Assembly (NCBI GenBank): GCA_000002445.1
Contig: CP000069.1
Location: 704,001-768,000, forward strand
Direction of reading: 5' to 3'
Length of the DNA stretch: 64,000 bases
Origin: Trypanosoma brucei
Taxonomy: Eukaryota
Shown: in pieces, positions 19,815 through 30,022 of the stretch
Layout: every line of letters starts with the position of its first letter
Numbering within the stretch: position 1 is the first letter of the stretch
Position numbers and translations under genes: made by a program
The notes under the pieces: model-generated
The model's input: only the letters and a program-made list of their open reading frames with translations
What the model was told of the DNA's origin: nothing
Databases searched by the model: none

Positions 19815-22604
19815 TTGCTTGGACCGGCGATGCTGTGCAGCGGCCGCATTATTCTCAAGAAGAAATGGATTCCTCCACTTGGTTACCGGCCGAAGGATTT
19901 CGAGAGAAAATTGCGTTCTCCGCGTTCGTCGAAACCGTGGCGCGACCGCCGCGCGGCATCGGGTGGGCAGATTGAGGTTTCACCGAGTACCGCGGCGACG
20001 AACATTCCGCGCGGTGACCTTGTCTTTAGGCCCCCGCTCGGTATTCGTGATGTGCGACCGGGCTCTCCTTCGGCGCTTCTTCCAACCTTTGGATTTTCAG
20101 AAGAGCATCTTGCTGCGCATGCTCTTCCCGCTGCGGGGTCGCAGGTGGAAGGCGGGGATGTGTTAGCTGTAGCGGACCCACGGTCAGCATCACATCTGAC
20201 GCTACCATTTGGGAGGGCACTAAACGTTAATGTTGAAGAAATCAAGACATATGAGGAGGGACCTGTGCCCATACACCTTCAGCAATTCCGGCGTAGTAGG
20301 CGGGAAGCAGCCGATTCCATCATTCTACCTCGCCATATTAACCGACTGTTCCATAAAATAATGGGTTGGTCGGAAGACCTCGTGAAAGTGGAAATGGATG
20401 AAGCCCCAACCCCAAACACAGGTGGAGTGCCCTCTGACACCGCGGCAGTGCGTGCGAAGGAAGCACAGGAGTCTGAAGTTCCGTTGCTGAGGATGAAATA
20501 CGATAACGTTGTGGACAAGATGAAGTATGGTGTTCTTCTTGACAATTATGAGAAGGACAAGTTTGCGATCGAACACCAACTTGAGATTGCTGGCGAGAAG
20601 TTCGAGCGGAAGTTCCTTGACTGGGAGGGTATGCATGTTCTCGATCAGGACCCCAGTGCGGCAGTGCGCGAGGTGCTTGAGAACAAGGCATCAATAGTAA
20701 TGGAACAACCATCCTCGTTTGCCATACCTGTAGTGAATCGTGACTGCTGCCGCGGGTGTGGTGCGCTTCTGCAGGACCAAGATGAGAACTCTTTCGGGTA
20801 TGTGCGGAAAGGTGATGTGGAGCGGTACATCATTGAGAAACAACAGAAAATGAGGGCGCGTGCTGAGTACGCGGATCGAATGTCTGAGCTGCAGGCGCAC
20901 TGGCGGAAACATGGTCGGCGTGTGGGCGAGGAGTGGCTGGATTTTATGACCCAGGAGGAATTTGATGCCTTTTACCGAGATAGGAACGCGCCGTTTGTAT
21001 GCCACCGCTGCCACGCGCTAGAGAACCTCGGGGTGGAGGGGCGGCGTCGCATATGGTCAGCACCGGACTTCACTGACAAGTTGCGTGCCCTTCGTGAGAA
21101 GAAATGTGTAGTGGTTCTTGTTGTTGACGTAACAGATTTTCCTGGGACTATGGTGTATGACCTCCCGGGCCTCATATCGATGAACAATGATGTGATAATT
21201 GCTGTGAATAAGATGGATTGTGTTAGGAATCGCTCCTTCAACTACCGAGGCAAGGATCGTGCGGTCGCTGCTTGCCTTGTGACCGAGCGGTACGTGAGAC
21301 GGTGGGTGACTGGGATCGCCGTTCAGTTTGGACTACCACGTCACCAGATAAAGGACGTGATTCCTTTGTCTGCGAAGCGTGGTTGGAATGTAGAGGCTCT
21401 AATAGCGGCTGTGGAGGAGGCCTCCAACCTCAACCTTCGGCGACCAACAAAACCCATACCGACGTATTTCGTTGGTGTTGCGAATGTTGGGAAGTCCTCC
21501 GTTATTAACGCCATTGCCCACAAACTGTATGTGCCTCTGCCACCCCACCCGGAGAGTCGGAAGGTATACTACACGAAGAAGGCACCGGATGGAAGTGAGT
21601 CTGTTTTCTGGCGGTGGTACACACCTCCTAATGTGAACCAGGCGGAAATGATTGACATTCCATCTCGGCACGACAAGAAAGCCTCGAAGCTGGTAACTAC
21701 CTCCTCCTTGCCTGGTACCACGGTTGACGCTGTTGCAGTGCGCGTTTCGCTGAGTAAAGGCGCGGAGAAGGGCCGTGCACATCTGTTCGACACACCCGGC
21801 CTCCTTCCGCATTGGCACCGTCACTCACCCCTGACGCTACTACAGATGCGACGCACCCTCATTCGCAAGTTCCGCAATCCTCAGTGCTTTATCCTGGTGC
21901 CTGGGAACACATTGTTTCTCGGAGGCCTCTGTGCCGTGGACGTAGTGAAAGGAACGTCGCGCGGGATGCTTTTCATGGTTTACACGTCGCAGAAGGTACG
22001 TAACGCCATCATTAACACAGACCGGTCGGATGAGTTTTGGAGGGAACAACTTGGTCGTGCGCTTGACCCACCCGGATCTGTGGAACAAGTTGGTGATCTT
22101 CGGCTCACGGAGTCGAGGAGCTATTTGTTTGAATGCTACCAGCGTAACCGAAAGCGGCCAAAGGCGGATATCTATTTCTGCGGACTTGGCTGGGTTGCGT
22201 TCTGTGTGAATGAGCCCGCAGATGTGGTACTGCGTGTGCGGACCTTACCGGGAGTAGTGCATGGTGTGCGCGAACCGTTGCGGTACAAGGACCTACTGGC
22301 ATTTAAAGGGTGGCCGAAACTGCGGCGTCGTTTCACTTCTGCCGGTGTTCCTAATGACGAGGAGGATGATGACAACTCCATTGCCACCGTTGTACGACTG
22401 ACTGCTGGAGGTGGTGCTTGTGGGTTATCCGCTGCACCTGTGTGCGGCTCACCGGAAGAAGATGTTGATGGTCCTGCAGTACGGGTTGTTCGCAAGTCGG
22501 TCTTGCCGAAACCCATTCCGGCGTCGTCCACTCCTTTCGACGGCGTTGTTGAGGAACTGAGCCTATCGGGACAAGCGGGAGGCGGTACGGGTGCGGGGAT
22601 GTGA
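19815..22604 (+). CDS. YqeH/NOA1-type circularly permuted GTPase (copy 2)
   Basis: Translation identical to 10949-13738. Confidence 0.75.
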   Translation: MLGPAMLCSGRIILKKKWIPPLGYRPKDFERKLRSPRSSKPWRDRRAASGGQIEVSPSTAATNIPRGDLVFRPPLGIRDVRPGSPSALLPTFGFSEEHLAAHALPAAGSQVEGGDVLAVADPRSASHLTLPFGRALNVNVEEIKTYEEGPVPIHLQQFRRSRREAADSIILPRHINRLFHKIMGWSEDLVKVEMDEAPTPNTGGVPSDTAAVRAKEAQESEVPLLRMKYDNVVDKMKYGVLLDNYEKDKFAIEHQLEIAGEKFERKFLDWEGMHVLDQDPSAAVREVLENKASIVMEQPSSFAIPVVNRDCCRGCGALLQDQDENSFGYVRKGDVERYIIEKQQKMRARAEYADRMSELQAHWRKHGRRVGEEWLDFMTQEEFDAFYRDRNAPFVCHRCHALENLGVEGRRRIWSAPDFTDKLRALREKKCVVVLVVDVTDFPGTMVYDLPGLISMNNDVIIAVNKMDCVRNRSFNYRGKDRAVAACLVTERYVRRWVTGIAVQFGLPRHQIKDVIPLSAKRGWNVEALIAAVEEASNLNLRRPTKPIPTYFVGVANVGKSSVINAIAHKLYVPLPPHPESRKVYYTKKAPDGSESVFWRWYTPPNVNQAEMIDIPSRHDKKASKLVTTSSLPGTTVDAVAVRVSLSKGAEKGRAHLFDTPGLLPHWHRHSPLTLLQMRRTLIRKFRNPQCFILVPGNTLFLGGLCAVDVVKGTSRGMLFMVYTSQKVRNAIINTDRSDEFWREQLGRALDPPGSVEQVGDLRLTESRSYLFECYQRNRKRPKADIYFCGLGWVAFCVNEPADVVLRVRTLPGVVHGVREPLRYKDLLAFKGWPKLRRRFTSAGVPNDEEDDDNSIATVVRLTAGGGACGLSAAPVCGSPEEDVDGPAVRVVRKSVLPKPIPASSTPFDGVVEELSLSGQAGGGTGAGM

Positions 22605-23275
22605 GTCTGGCGTGCTACCGTTTGTGCGGAGAACCGACCGACCTTTGTGGGTATAACACAATGCACTGATGTTTGATTCATCCTTTTTCATGTTGTCCCA
22701 ACCGACTTACTTGTTCCGCTCCGTTCCGTTCTGTTGCGTTGTGCTGCTGATACTGCAATTTCTTTCTCGTCGCTTTTGTTGTCAATTTTCTTTATCGTGC
22801 TGCGGTGATCTGCAATGGAGGGGTATGCCGTCGCTGGGGATAGACGTTTGCATTTACATGGATAGTGTTTTCATAGCTGTTCTACCCCTGTTTCTGGAGA
22901 CGCGGCATTGCTGTTGGCGTTACTTTATATGATTAGTTTTGGTTGTGTTCTGGGGGTGGATGTGCGATGGACGGGTGTGCTGTCTGTCACCGAAGGCCGA
23001 TGCGTTTTGGTACGCCGTGACTGATGTTACTGTTATTTTTTTAAAGGTTGCGTTGAGTTTCTATCGCCTTGATGTGTGTTGTTAGTGTCTTTTATTTTTG
23101 TTGTGTCACTCTTATTTTGCTGATTACTGCTTTATAGTGTAGCAGTTGTCATTCTCGATATCCTTTCTCCTTGATCTACTTCATTACGTGTAATATTACC
23201 CTGGTGGGATAACTCTGCCCAAGGCCGATAGTTATAACGCTAACAAGAATCATCTACTTTCAGTCATCTAAAGGT

Positions 23276-24319
23276 TTGCAAATGTCATCCGCTCCTCTGA
23301 GGGTATACGTTCAGTGTAATCCATTACTTGACGTCTCGGCTCACGTGTCCGACGAATTTTTGGTCAAGTATGGTTTGGAGCGCGGTACGGCCATCTTGTT
23401 GTCTGAGCGCCAGAAAGGAATATTCGACGATATCGAGAAAATGCCCAATGTGCGGTATGTCCCTGGTGGATCTGGCTTGAACGTGGCGCGCGTTGCGCAG
23501 TGGATGCAGCAAGCGTATAAGGGGAAGTTTGTTACATATGTTGGCTGCATTGCAGATGATCGGTACGGCAAGGTTCTGAAGGAAGCTGCCGAGCATGAAG
23601 GAATTGTGATGGCTGTTGAGCATACGACGAAAGCAGGGAGTGGTGCGTGTGCAGTTTGTATCACCGGCAAGGAACGCACTCTTGTTGCTGATCTTGGTGC
23701 AGCAAATCACCTCTCCAGTGAGCATATGCGCTCCCCTGCTGTCGTGAGGGCGATGGATGAATCCAGAATTTTCTATTTCTCCGGTTTCACGTTGACAGTT
23801 GACGTTAATCACGTTCTTCAGGCGTGCAGAAAGGCTCGTGAGGTGGATGGACTTTTTATGATCAACTTATCGGCCCCTTTTATTATGCAATTCTTTTCCG
23901 CGCAACTTGGGGAGGTTCTGCCCTATACTGATATAATTGTGGCCAACCGACATGAGGCAAAGGAGTTTGCCAACATGATGAAGTGGGATACGGACTGTGT
24001 CGAGGAGATTGCAAGGCGAGCAGTATCTGAGGTTCCTTACACAGGCACAAAAGGTCGTGTTGTTGTGTTCACTCGTGATATTGAATCAACAGTGCTTGCA
24101 ACTAAGGATGGTGTGGAGACGGTTCCTGTACCTCAGTTAGATCAGGACAAAGTAATTGACATGAATGGTGCTGGGGATGCATTTATGGGTGGATTTTTGA
24201 GTGCTTATGCCGTTGGTAAGGATTTGCGGCGCTGTTGCGAAACTGGCCACTACACAGCACAAGAGGTTATCCAGCGTGACGGTTGCTCGTTCCCCGAGAA
24301 GCCCAGTTTCTCTCCTTGA
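23276..24319 (+). CDS. ADK: adenosine kinase, downstream tandem copy. It differs from copy 1 at four C-terminal residues: P to S, I to L, V to M, and Q to R.
   Basis: Same motifs as 14410-15453, with DMNGAGDAFMGGFL. The first nucleotide difference is at 24086, and the 3' flank is unrelated to that of copy 1. Confidence 0.9.
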   Translation: MQMSSAPLRVYVQCNPLLDVSAHVSDEFLVKYGLERGTAILLSERQKGIFDDIEKMPNVRYVPGGSGLNVARVAQWMQQAYKGKFVTYVGCIADDRYGKVLKEAAEHEGIVMAVEHTTKAGSGACAVCITGKERTLVADLGAANHLSSEHMRSPAVVRAMDESRIFYFSGFTLTVDVNHVLQACRKAREVDGLFMINLSAPFIMQFFSAQLGEVLPYTDIIVANRHEAKEFANMMKWDTDCVEEIARRAVSEVPYTGTKGRVVVFTRDIESTVLATKDGVETVPVPQLDQDKVIDMNGAGDAFMGGFLSAYAVGKDLRRCCETGHYTAQEVIQRDGCSFPEKPSFSP

Positions 24320-25689
24320 GTTTTTTTGTTTTCGTTGTCGGTTGTTAATGCCAAATACGGTGGTTGATATGATTTCGATGGTGTGGTTGATGATTTTTTT
24401 TTAAAATTTAGTATAATTGTTTTTTTTTGTAAAGGATGGTCGATAATGTTTGTTGATGTTCTTTATCTTTTTCGTTGTTTCAATTTTTTTTTAACACACA
24501 GTTTTATATGCTGTATGGTGGTGTTTTTTTGTGTGTGTGTGTTTGTTTGTGTGAGGGGTGAAAGCAGGTAGATAAACTTGTCGTTAATACCCCTCTTGTT
24601 GTTGTGTTTATGTTATTTAATTTTTATTTGACTTAGTTCGCGTTGGTGTTGGTGTTTTTTGTTTCGTTGTTAATTCAGCTGTTTGGTGCTTATGAGGTTC
24701 TAATTGAAAAGGTGATATTGATGTGTTTATCACTATGTTATAGGATCAAAAACAAATTCAATAATTTGTCTTTTGTACCACATTGGTGAACCTTCGCATC
24801 TATAATTCTTTTAATTTCTCTTTATTGCTTCCGTTGTATATCATTCTGTGTCTTTTTTACTTGGTTTTGATGAGTCGGTCTTCTGTCATAATATTTATTC
24901 CTTGTCTCTTCATTCTTTGAATTTGTAAACAATAATGATGGTAATGGGGATTATTTTTCTTTATCGTTGTCATCCCTATCAGCGTCCGTGTAGCCTTCTG
25001 TTTGTGCATTTTAATAAACATAGTTAATTTTGTTGTTACTATGTGGAGTTGAGTTTCGCATTATGTTGTAGATATTAGGTTTTTATAAGATCTCTGGGTC
25101 GTTTTGGAGCTGCTAGGGGATTGAACCGCAGTACGTGTGATGAGTAGCGACCCACTTCCGTTGCAAGTTTTTTTTTTTGATGTGGGGGAATGGGAGGGAA
25201 GAGAGGTGCTTACCTTATTGCTTCTGATGCCGAGGTTTCACGTTATCGCTGACCAAGTGGTTGCCCTTTCCTAGGATGTGCGGATAATTTAAAGTTAATG
25301 TCGTGATATGAGATGCCAAAATGGTCAGGGCTTTCGGGGTGTGTTGCTAAATTTTTTTTGAGGTACTTGCATGTCTCGGGTTCCGATTCTCTTTTCTGGT
25401 TGTTGCAAAATCTATGTGATTACATCGGTTGGCCGCGGAGCTCTGTTTGCTTGTAGTTTCGAGGGGCCGCTGTTTTGGATTGAGGGGAGGGGATATTTTG
25501 TGGAACCTTCCGGCATTTCGAAAAGTGTGTTGTTGTGGTGTGCTGTATATTAGGTTGATATTATCTGTGCAATGAAAGGTTGAGGCAAAGGGCTACAGGA
25601 ACTGTTCCTAGAATGCAGTCGGAATGTGTGCGATTTCAGCTAATATATATATATATATATAAGTAAGGGAGGGTAAGGAGTTTGTTCCG

Positions 25690-28600
25690 TTGCTTTCACA
25701 ATCCTCTGCGTTGTTGGTATTAGGGGGTTACAACATGTGTTGTTGTTTTTTCCCTTTCACTAATTACCCGACTTTTCACCGTTGTGCAGGGGCTATAGGG
25801 TGGACAGTTCCGCTGGTTAGTTTTGCTGTTATATATGTGATACTTTTTAACGTACCTATTTTTAAACTTTTCTCCCCCTGCTTTCCTCCCTCCGAAGCGC
25901 ATAGTGATTTTTTTTTTAAATATCTCTTCTCGTGGTTGAAAATGCATGGAAATTTTGTATTTACCGGCAAAAGCCGGCCCAACCGGCTCACCCTCTCTAA
26001 CGATCGTCAACCCTCAAAAAACGTTATTTTGAACAATGCTCGCGCCCAGCGTGAGCAGCGGCAGAAAGAAAAGAGGGAGTGTCAGGCGGCGACGTGCATC
26101 CAGAGAAACACACGAGGGTTATTGGCACGCATGGCTCTTGCTGAACTGGCGCGTGCTGCACTAAAGGAAATTAAAGAGACACAGGATGCAGCTGCTGATG
26201 GTGGTACCTCTCCCGAAGCGGATGAACCGTTAGAACGCCTTTGTTGGCTGTACGAGTTTGTTCGTCGTGGAGTAGTTGGTTTGTTGGTTTGTAGCGTACA
26301 GTTACGCGAATGCTCACAAATTTTATTGAATCGGTTGAGTGCTGTTTTGCGTGGTGGTGCCTTGGAGGAGCAACTGTTAGGTTTCCCCCACGCAATTATG
26401 CTGTTAATGAAGTTGACACTGGAAGCATACTTAACACCTTCCTGTGATGAGGAAGCCGTAGTAGAACGAAGTAGGGAGCATTTGCAGCCACTAGCATCAC
26501 TGTTTGCTGCTGCGAAGAAACTGGGTAACGGAGCCGACATACTTATCTGTGCACTTGATCTTGTCATTCGACACAATGCAACTCCCGATGAGGAAATTAT
26601 TTCTGCACTGTATGGTTTGTATGCTACTCTGTCACCCGCTGCAGCTGCGAGTAGCGTGCAATCTACTGCTAGTCGTACGTTGCTAGCTTACGCCGTAGGC
26701 TCGACTTCCAATGTTTCTTATTATCTTTCCCCTACAACGTGTGCGCTGAGTGTTCTGTTAGGCACCGTGCGCAGGGATTGTTACCCACGGGTGAGTGAGG
26801 AAACGAACGCGATATTCTTGGAGGCCATTGTGGACGTTACCCTGAAAATTTTAGAATCAACGGCGAGCTCGCCGCCGTTGCAGATTCTTGGGAAATTGGT
26901 GAGAGTCCTACCGTACTTCCACCACGGTGCTGATGAAGATGCACAGAAGCAAGTTTTACGGCGGAAATGGCTCATTTGTCTTTCACGCGCGACTCTCCTA
27001 TGCAGCTCCGAGGATGAACTTATTCGAGAGACGTTATCAGATTTTCACCATTCGCACACCGCCGCGCATCAGGAACATGCGGCCCACAAACACCTGTCAA
27101 CATACCTATTTAGTACGGGGTATGGCCTCCGTTTGCTTGAGGAGGGTCTGCGAACGAGTCTCTCGGCACATAGCACGGATTCTTTCTCCGACGTTAACCT
27201 TCTGTGTTGCGTGTTTATTTGGCCTCTCTACAAATTTGCCACTGCCTCTGCGCGCCAACGACTTGAGGCAACCACCATCATTTCAAAGTTTGTTTATTCT
27301 TCAGGCCTTTTGCGGTGTCTGTGGGATGTGTACCGAAATTGTCACAGCAGCACCTTCGAAAGCACAGCTGGAATGAGCGCAGCGGAGCTGTTGGAGTGCG
27401 TGGCCACTGGGAAGCTGCTTGACCTTCCTTCACCCGTTGCCCCACCCACAGAACTGCTCAGCAAGTTGTCGCTGCCTCGTTCCACGCACGGCCTGTTTTA
27501 CGATCCATACCCCGCTGTGTCGGTAACACTTTTTTGTCTGATGAGTTACTTTGTTGACGCAACAGGTTTCTTGGAAGGACTTGATCGCTGCGCGGTGATT
27601 GATCGTGCTGACACTCTGAAGCTTATTTTTGCACTCAAGGGGATTTTGTATCAGTCGTTCTTCCACGGTGTGTTGCCGTACAGCAAATGTGAAGTGGTGG
27701 CGCAGGGGGCCCTCACATTGTTTTTAAAGCTGCATGTCGTAGGTGAGGCTCAATCGTTTGTTCCGCACCCGTCGGTTTGGATAATTTGCCACGATCACCT
27801 ACTTCTAAAGACGTTTAAAAGTATTGAGTGTGGCACATGGTCCGCTATTGTGTCAAATGAAGATGATGAGGATTGTACCGAGGATGACAATGAAGAGCGG
27901 GAAGATGGACATTGGGCACCAAGTTTGCGTGAAGGGAACCATGAGTCGTACGTTTCCCTTCCATGGTGGAACGGGAGTCTTTCGTGGCCACAGGAGGAAC
28001 GTTGCATTCATGTTTTGCAGCGTATCCCCTTTACCGTTCCATTCGGAGCACGTGTCACCTTGTTAACATCCTTTCTCTCTAGCCACGTGGAACGCAGCCG
28101 TCCCACCACGTGGGGACACTTTGTGGTGCGTCGCGGTTGCACTTTTGCCGACGCTTTTGACCGCTTTGCTGATAACCCCGGTAGTAGTGATATGTATTAT
28201 GTCCGTTTCCGTGCGGCAAATGATTTGATGGAAGAGGGTTACGGCGACGGCGTCTACCGCGAATTTCTACTGTCCCTCTGCAAGGAGGGTTTTGCGGCGG
28301 AGCATGGGCTCTTTTGCTTGACGGATGCTGGATACGTTTATCCAAATCCTTTCAGCTGGGAGGTGACTGGTGATCGGGATCATCTCAAGCGTATCAAGTT
28401 TCTTGGTGCTATGGTAGGCCGAGGATTGCGTGATGGTGTTTTGCAAGATATTCCATTTGCTCTACATTTCCGTAATGCTATTCTGGGGCGCAGCAACTCC
28501 ATCAATAACCTAAGGAGCTTTGATAGTCAACTTTACCGTCACCTTGTTTCTCTTATGAGTTTGAGCGAGGAAGAAATTGAAAACCTTGAGCTCAACTTCA

Positions 28601-29196
28601 CGTACACCGTGGAGGCCCTTGATCGGGTGCACGAAGTGGAGCTTCTACACGGTGGTCGCAACATTGCTGTCACTCGCCGCAACTGTTTGAATTATATTCA
28701 CTTGATTGCAGACTTCAGACTTAATCGTGAAACAGCCAAGCAAACACGGGCATTTCGGAGTGGTCTGGAAAGTATCGTCCACCGAAGTTGGTTACGACTC
28801 TTTGATAGTAATGAGGTCATGAAGTTGTTCGGTGGTGATGTAGAGTGTAACATTGATGTGGAAGATTGGAAACAGCACACTCAATACCACGTTCCTGACG
28901 ACGCCACTAGCAAACCCGTACAAGTGTTCTGGGAGGTAGTGCAGTCTCTGCCGTTGGAACAGCAGAGGAAGCTTCTAAAGTTTTCCACTTCAATGAACCG
29001 CCCTCCGCTGCTTGGTTTCAAATTTCTCAACCCACCTTTCAAAATTCATGTCCTGTGGAATGAGGCAGAAGAGCGATTGCCATCTGCATCAACGTGTTTC
29101 TGCACTCTAAAGCTTCCACCGTACCAGACGTTCGGGGTAGCGCAGCAAAAGATAACAGCTGCAATTGAAGAGACGGATGACTTCGGTCTCAGTTGA
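25690..29196 (+). CDS. HECT-type E3 ubiquitin ligase with an N-terminal IQ motif (UBE3B/UBE3C-like). The true start is probably near 25942 (MHGNF...).
   Basis: The C-terminal HECT domain ends ...LPSASTCFCTLKLPPYQTFGVAQQKITAAIEETDDFGLS, with the catalytic Cys in the expected place. An IQ motif ATCIQRNTRGLLARMAL lies near the N-terminus. The first ~85 codons of the ORF are hydrophobic, low-complexity and T-rich, so they are likely 5' UTR. Confidence 0.85.
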   Translation: MLSQSSALLVLGGYNMCCCFFPFTNYPTFHRCAGAIGWTVPLVSFAVIYVILFNVPIFKLFSPCFPPSEAHSDFFFKYLFSWLKMHGNFVFTGKSRPNRLTLSNDRQPSKNVILNNARAQREQRQKEKRECQAATCIQRNTRGLLARMALAELARAALKEIKETQDAAADGGTSPEADEPLERLCWLYEFVRRGVVGLLVCSVQLRECSQILLNRLSAVLRGGALEEQLLGFPHAIMLLMKLTLEAYLTPSCDEEAVVERSREHLQPLASLFAAAKKLGNGADILICALDLVIRHNATPDEEIISALYGLYATLSPAAAASSVQSTASRTLLAYAVGSTSNVSYYLSPTTCALSVLLGTVRRDCYPRVSEETNAIFLEAIVDVTLKILESTASSPPLQILGKLVRVLPYFHHGADEDAQKQVLRRKWLICLSRATLLCSSEDELIRETLSDFHHSHTAAHQEHAAHKHLSTYLFSTGYGLRLLEEGLRTSLSAHSTDSFSDVNLLCCVFIWPLYKFATASARQRLEATTIISKFVYSSGLLRCLWDVYRNCHSSTFESTAGMSAAELLECVATGKLLDLPSPVAPPTELLSKLSLPRSTHGLFYDPYPAVSVTLFCLMSYFVDATGFLEGLDRCAVIDRADTLKLIFALKGILYQSFFHGVLPYSKCEVVAQGALTLFLKLHVVGEAQSFVPHPSVWIICHDHLLLKTFKSIECGTWSAIVSNEDDEDCTEDDNEEREDGHWAPSLREGNHESYVSLPWWNGSLSWPQEERCIHVLQRIPFTVPFGARVTLLTSFLSSHVERSRPTTWGHFVVRRGCTFADAFDRFADNPGSSDMYYVRFRAANDLMEEGYGDGVYREFLLSLCKEGFAAEHGLFCLTDAGYVYPNPFSWEVTGDRDHLKRIKFLGAMVGRGLRDGVLQDIPFALHFRNAILGRSNSINNLRSFDSQLYRHLVSLMSLSEEEIENLELNFTYTVEALDRVHEVELLHGGRNIAVTRRNCLNYIHLIADFRLNRETAKQTRAFRSGLESIVHRSWLRLFDSNEVMKLFGGDVECNIDVEDWKQHTQYHVPDDATSKPVQVFWEVVQSLPLEQQRKLLKFSTSMNRPPLLGFKFLNPPFKIHVLWNEAEERLPSASTCFCTLKLPPYQTFGVAQQKITAAIEETDDFGLS

Positions 29197-30022
29197 GCGG
29201 ATTGTTTCCCTCTTCGTTATCGTACACCTGAAAATATTGTGAAAGGGATGTCGAAATGACTGTTCCACACACAGGGGAGATGAAGTGGTTTCTGGCAGAG
29301 TAGTTTGTGCCTGTGTGTATGTATGTTGAGATAGATCGCTGCGATAACGGATGTGATCCTATTCTCGCTTAATACTCCTCCTTCCTTGTGTTTAAGGAAG
29401 AAATTAAAACCAGGGAGTTGAGGGAAGTTCCTTCCCTCACCCCAAAGCGCTTTCCCCTGGTTTTTTTTCTTTCAGAAGTTGTGCTTTGGTGTGCCAACGT
29501 ATCGCTTGTGGTGTGCGTGTATCTCGCGTGCTCGTATATGTGCGTTCATGCGCTACTGCATACCCAATTTTTTTTTCGACGAACCTCCATCGTCATTCGT
29601 CACTTTTGGCCTGCGCTGCAACCTTTTTTGAAAGAGAAAGTAATTAGTTGATGTATGTTTGATGGTGCTTATTACTTCAGTGTGCGCTCACAACCTTTTT
29701 TTTGGGGGGGGGGGTGAATGACGCCCTTTTGCCGTTGGGCACGTTTCACTTCCCCTTCAGATATTTCCTGGTCATTGCCCTTCCCTCTTCCCCAAATGTC
29801 TCTCCTTTTGTGTCTTTCTTATAAGTATTGCTGTTGTCTTCACTGCATCCCACTCTTTTCGTTGTTGCTTTTTGTTTTTCCATTTTATTTCACACGCAAG
29901 GAGAGGGGAAAGGGGGGGCCTTTCTTCTTGTGGTTTAGACCTAGACCTGTATTATTACTTCTCTCCCACTTCATATTCGTCGTGGTACATTATTGCTACT
30001 GCCGTTGTAATTTTCCTTGTGA

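Larger units (their letters stand above)
16511..24085 (+). repeat. segmental duplication copy 2 (direct, tandem)
   Basis: Same as copy 1 at offset +8866. Similarity continues at reduced identity through the ADK stop at 24319 and is then lost. Confidence 0.95.

Noticed and set aside
25091-25170. tRNA-like T-arm motif (reverse complement gcggttcaatcccctagcagctcca) in the ADK-2 / HECT spacer
   Set aside because: I tried to fold it. The T-stem and acceptor stem do not pair and there is no anticodon or D arm, so it is not a tRNA.
25690-25941. 5' extension of the HECT ligase ORF beginning at 25690
   Set aside because: The first ~85 codons are hydrophobic, low-complexity and T-rich, resembling a pyrimidine-rich spacer translated in frame. 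The IQ-motif protein more plausibly starts at the Met near 25942.
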